DNA of 39,148 bases from Actinomycetota bacterium. GTDB lineage: Bacteria > Actinomycetota > Thermoleophilia > Gaiellales > F1-60-MAGs149. Shown here piece by piece: positions 36,535 to 39,148 of the stretch. The stretch lies in the NCBI GenBank assembly GCA_947481755.1, contig CANKHS010000001.1:1-39148 (forward strand), in the 5' to 3' direction. The translations under genes and the position numbers were made by a program. Every line of letters begins with the position of its first letter. The stretch's first letter is position 1. The notes below the pieces were generated by a model, which did not search any database, had not been told where the DNA came from, and worked only from the letters and a program-made list of their open reading frames with translations.

Positions 36535-36950
36535 GACCAGACCATTTCGTCGGTGTCGCCCCACTCGGCGGGCAGTGGTGTGCCTGTGGCGCGATGGAGT
36601 GCGAGCTTGAGCGTGCCAAGTCCCAACACCGCACACTTGACGCGCATCGCCGATAGTGGGATCGCTAGCTCGTCCAGGATTGCCTGCGAAGGCAACGCAG
36701 CCGCCTCGTCGACGGTCAGTCCCTGCACGAGTTCGGTCAACATCGAGGTGGCCGCCTGGGAGACGGCACAGCCGTGGCCCGTAAAGCGCATCTCTTCAAT
36801 CGCCCCGTCCGTGAGTTTGACCTGCACGACGACCTGGTCTCCACAGAGTGGGTTCTGCCCCTCGGCCTCGGCATCGCACTCGGCCATCGGGCCGTGGTGG
36901 CGTGGATGCTGGTAGTGGTCCATCAGGTTCTCGCGGTAGAGATCGTCCAT
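36531..36950 (-). CDS. sufU: SufU/IscU-type Fe-S assembly sulfur-transfer protein
   Basis: DLYRENLMDHY..PRH.G, NPLCGD, GHGCAVSQAATSML, RVKCAVL. Confidence 0.92.
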   Translation of the reverse strand: MDDLYRENLMDHYQHPRHHGPMAECDAEAEGQNPLCGDQVVVQVKLTDGAIEEMRFTGHGCAVSQAATSMLTELVQGLTVDEAAALPSQAILDELAIPLSAMRVKCAVLGLGTLKLALHRATGTPLPAEWGDTDEMVWS

Positions 36951-36952
36951 CG

Positions 36953-38203
36953 TCAGACTCCCATCACTCGGCGGACGTCGAGCAATCCGTCGACGAGCCG
37001 ATCGATCTCGGCGTCGGTCGTGTAAAGGTAGAACGAGGCACGTACGGTGGCAGCGACTCCGAGGCGTTCGATCAAGGGTTGAGTGCAGTGGTGTCCAGCG
37101 CGCACACAGACAGCATGCCGATCGAGGATCTCGGCAATGTCGTGCGGGTGTACGTCTTCGAGCAGGAAGGAGACGACGCCCCCTCGTGCTGCCGCGGTCT
37201 GAGGCCCAATAATCCGCAGGCTCGGCACCTCAGCAAGACGTCCAAGCGCGTACTCCGTGATCGCGTGCTCGTGAGCGTCAATCGCTTCGAGACCGACAGC
37301 GTGTAGGTAGTCGATTGCCGCGTGGAGTCCGACGGCCTCGGCATAGGCGGGGGTGCCGGCCTCGAACTTCCAGGGCAGGCTATTCCACGAGGTGCGCTCG
37401 AGCTTGACCGAGCGGATCATCTCGCCACCCGTCAGGAACGGCTGCAGCTCGGCAAGCAGCGACTCGCGACCCCAGAGTGCACCGATGCCTGTTGGCCCGA
37501 GCGTCTTATGTCCGGAGAAGGCGAGGAAGTCCACATCGAGCGCCTGTACATCAACGGGCCGATTGGGCACCGTCTGCGCCGCATCGAGCACGACAACGGC
37601 GCCTTGTGCATGGGCCCAGGCGACGAGTTCCGCCACGGGCGGCCGCACCCCAAGCGTGTTCGACTGGTGGGTCACCGCGACGAGCTTCACATTGCCCTCA
37701 CGCGCGATCGCATCGAGCGCGTCGAGCTGGAGGTTGCCTTGGTCATCGATGTCGAGAAACCGCAATGTGGCACCGGTCTGCTCGGCCAGCACCTGCCACG
37801 GCACGAGGTTGGCGTGGTGCTCGAGCACCGTGGAGACGATCACGTCTCCCGGGCCACAGTTCTGCGCGCCATACGTCTTGGCGACGAGGTTGAGCGCCTC
37901 GGTCGTGTTGCGCGTAAAGATCACTTCGCGGCGAGACGGTGCGTTCAGCAGCGCGGCAACGGCATCGCGCGCCGCCTCGAAGGCATCCGTACTCTCCACG
38001 CCGAGCGTATAGACGCCGCGATGCACGTTGGCATTCGACGTGGAATAGAAGCGCGTCATGGCGTCGAGCATCTGCTGCGGCTTTTGCGACGTCGAGGCCG
38101 AATCGAGGTAGGCCAATGGCTGTCCGTGCAGTTCCCGCGCGAGAATCGGAAAATCTGCGCGGATGCGGGCTAGATCGGTCGGAGTAAGGGGCGAAACCGT
38201 CAC
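36953..38203 (-). CDS. sufS: Type II cysteine desulfurase
   Basis: YLDSASTSQKP, NVHRG, EHHANLVPWQ, FSGHK, KFEAGTP, VRAGHHCTQPL, RASFYLY. Confidence 0.95.
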   Translation of the reverse strand: MTVSPLTPTDLARIRADFPILARELHGQPLAYLDSASTSQKPQQMLDAMTRFYSTSNANVHRGVYTLGVESTDAFEAARDAVAALLNAPSRREVIFTRNTTEALNLVAKTYGAQNCGPGDVIVSTVLEHHANLVPWQVLAEQTGATLRFLDIDDQGNLQLDALDAIAREGNVKLVAVTHQSNTLGVRPPVAELVAWAHAQGAVVVLDAAQTVPNRPVDVQALDVDFLAFSGHKTLGPTGIGALWGRESLLAELQPFLTGGEMIRSVKLERTSWNSLPWKFEAGTPAYAEAVGLHAAIDYLHAVGLEAIDAHEHAITEYALGRLAEVPSLRIIGPQTAAARGGVVSFLLEDVHPHDIAEILDRHAVCVRAGHHCTQPLIERLGVAATVRASFYLYTTDAEIDRLVDGLLDVRRVMGV

Positions 38204-38405
38204 GAGTTAGGGCAGTCTAACGCAGGAGCTTTTAATCATGTGCGCCCGATCACAATACGGGCGCAACAGATTCTTAATAGTGATCCGCGATCGTTCCCTC
38301 AATGCACGCCACGCCAGACCAGACCGTCAGATTTCTATTGCTCGATCGTCGTCTACAATGGGCGCGGTATTTCGGTTCCCTCCACGCCCGAAACGAAACT
38401 TCTTA

Positions 38406-39148
38406 ATGCGCCGCTTTGCCTCTCTCCTGATCGCCCTCTCCGCTTTCGCGGTGACGCCTGCGATCGCCAATGCTGCGCCATCGCAAGACTATGTCGTCAT
38501 CCTCGATGACACCGCGAACGTGACCGCCAAGGTTCATTCCGAGGAGGCACGACAGAACGACGTCAGCCAGGTCTTCCGTCACGGCATCGATGGCTTCGTC
38601 GCCAGCCTCGACGCAACCGACGTGCGGCGCCTTCGCAACGACCCCCAGGTCTTGGTCGTCGAGCGCGACCGTCAGCTCTACTCTCTCGACACGACGAGCG
38701 TTGCGGACGTGCCCGCCGGAGCCAAGATCGGCTCCGTGATTCCGAACCGCTACATCGTCACCGTCGTCGCCAATACGCAGCCAGCGGTGTTTGCTCACAG
38801 TGCAGGGGCAACTCCCCTCGCCGTCTTTACTCACGCCCTCAACGGCTTCACGGCCGACCTCACACCCAGCCAGGTTGCTGCGCTTGCGCACGACCCCTCG
38901 GTGACGCGCATCGAGCCCGATCGTGTGGTGGGCATCAACACCACCCAGAACCCAGCGACGTGGGGTCTCGACCGCATCGACCAGCGCAATCTGCCACTCG
39001 ATTCGAGGTACACGTATACCGCCACAGGCGCTGGTGTGAAGGCCTACATCATTGACACGGGCATCCTCAGCTCGCACAGCGACTTTGGGGGTCGTGTCGT
39101 CAGTGGCTACACGGCGATCAGCGATGGCAATGGCACAACCGACTGCAA
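38406..39148 (+). CDS. Secreted S8 subtilase (aqualysin/proteinase K-like), partial, with two I9 propeptides
   Basis: Manual translation: [23 protein letters not shown] signal, then [48 protein letters not shown]...DGNGTTDC. Runs off the window. Confidence 0.92.
   Translation, partial: MRRFASLLIALSAFAVTPAIANAAPSQDYVVILDDTANVTAKVHSEEARQNDVSQVFRHGIDGFVASLDATDVRRLRNDPQVLVVERDRQLYSLDTTSVADVPAGAKIGSVIPNRYIVTVVANTQPAVFAHSAGATPLAVFTHALNGFTADLTPSQVAALAHDPSVTRIEPDRVVGINTTQNPATWGLDRIDQRNLPLDSRYTYTATGAGVKAYIIDTGILSSHSDFGGRVVSGYTAISDGNGTTDC

Noticed and set aside
1..39148. CRISPR array, prophage, IS element, rRNA/tRNA, and the many long antisense ORFs
   Set aside because: No spaced repeats, integrase, transposase or RNA-gene signatures were seen. 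Antisense ORFs are expected from high-GC codon bias.

Overview
Gene-dense, high-GC chromosomal segment of an actinobacterium. The gene set and protein styles suggest class Thermoleophilia (inference). Left to right it contains: holB (partial) and tmk; a LytR_C protein, an O-antigen-ligase/TPR protein and a T/P-rich membrane protein; ybjQ; fabF; a secreted repeat protein plus an MprAB-like two-component system; comA followed by two FAD oxidoreductases and an ACT protein; a glycan block (FlgD/DMFase-like protein, epimerase, GT2, degenerate deacetylase); a minus-strand run of CARDB protein, DUF4446, HNH, GAF kinase, ANTAR regulator and clpS; the cell-wall signalling cluster (extra Ser/Thr kinase, fhaA, FHA protein, PP2C, rodA, pbpA, pknB, ddl) facing a stand-alone MviN-like pseudokinase; dcd; a GT-C-like membrane protein; a PucR-family regulator; sufU and sufS; and a partial S8 protease with two I9 propeptides. 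No rRNA, tRNA, CRISPR array or IS element was seen. The most striking unexplained element is a ~200-nt intergenic unit after dcd (33863-34077). It has its own extended -10 box, a 16-nt stretch complementary to the 16S rRNA 3' tail, a 13-codon ORF, a multi-branch RNA fold and a perfect 14-bp terminator. At least ten genes look leaderless. All family assignments come from motif recognition by eye, not database searches.
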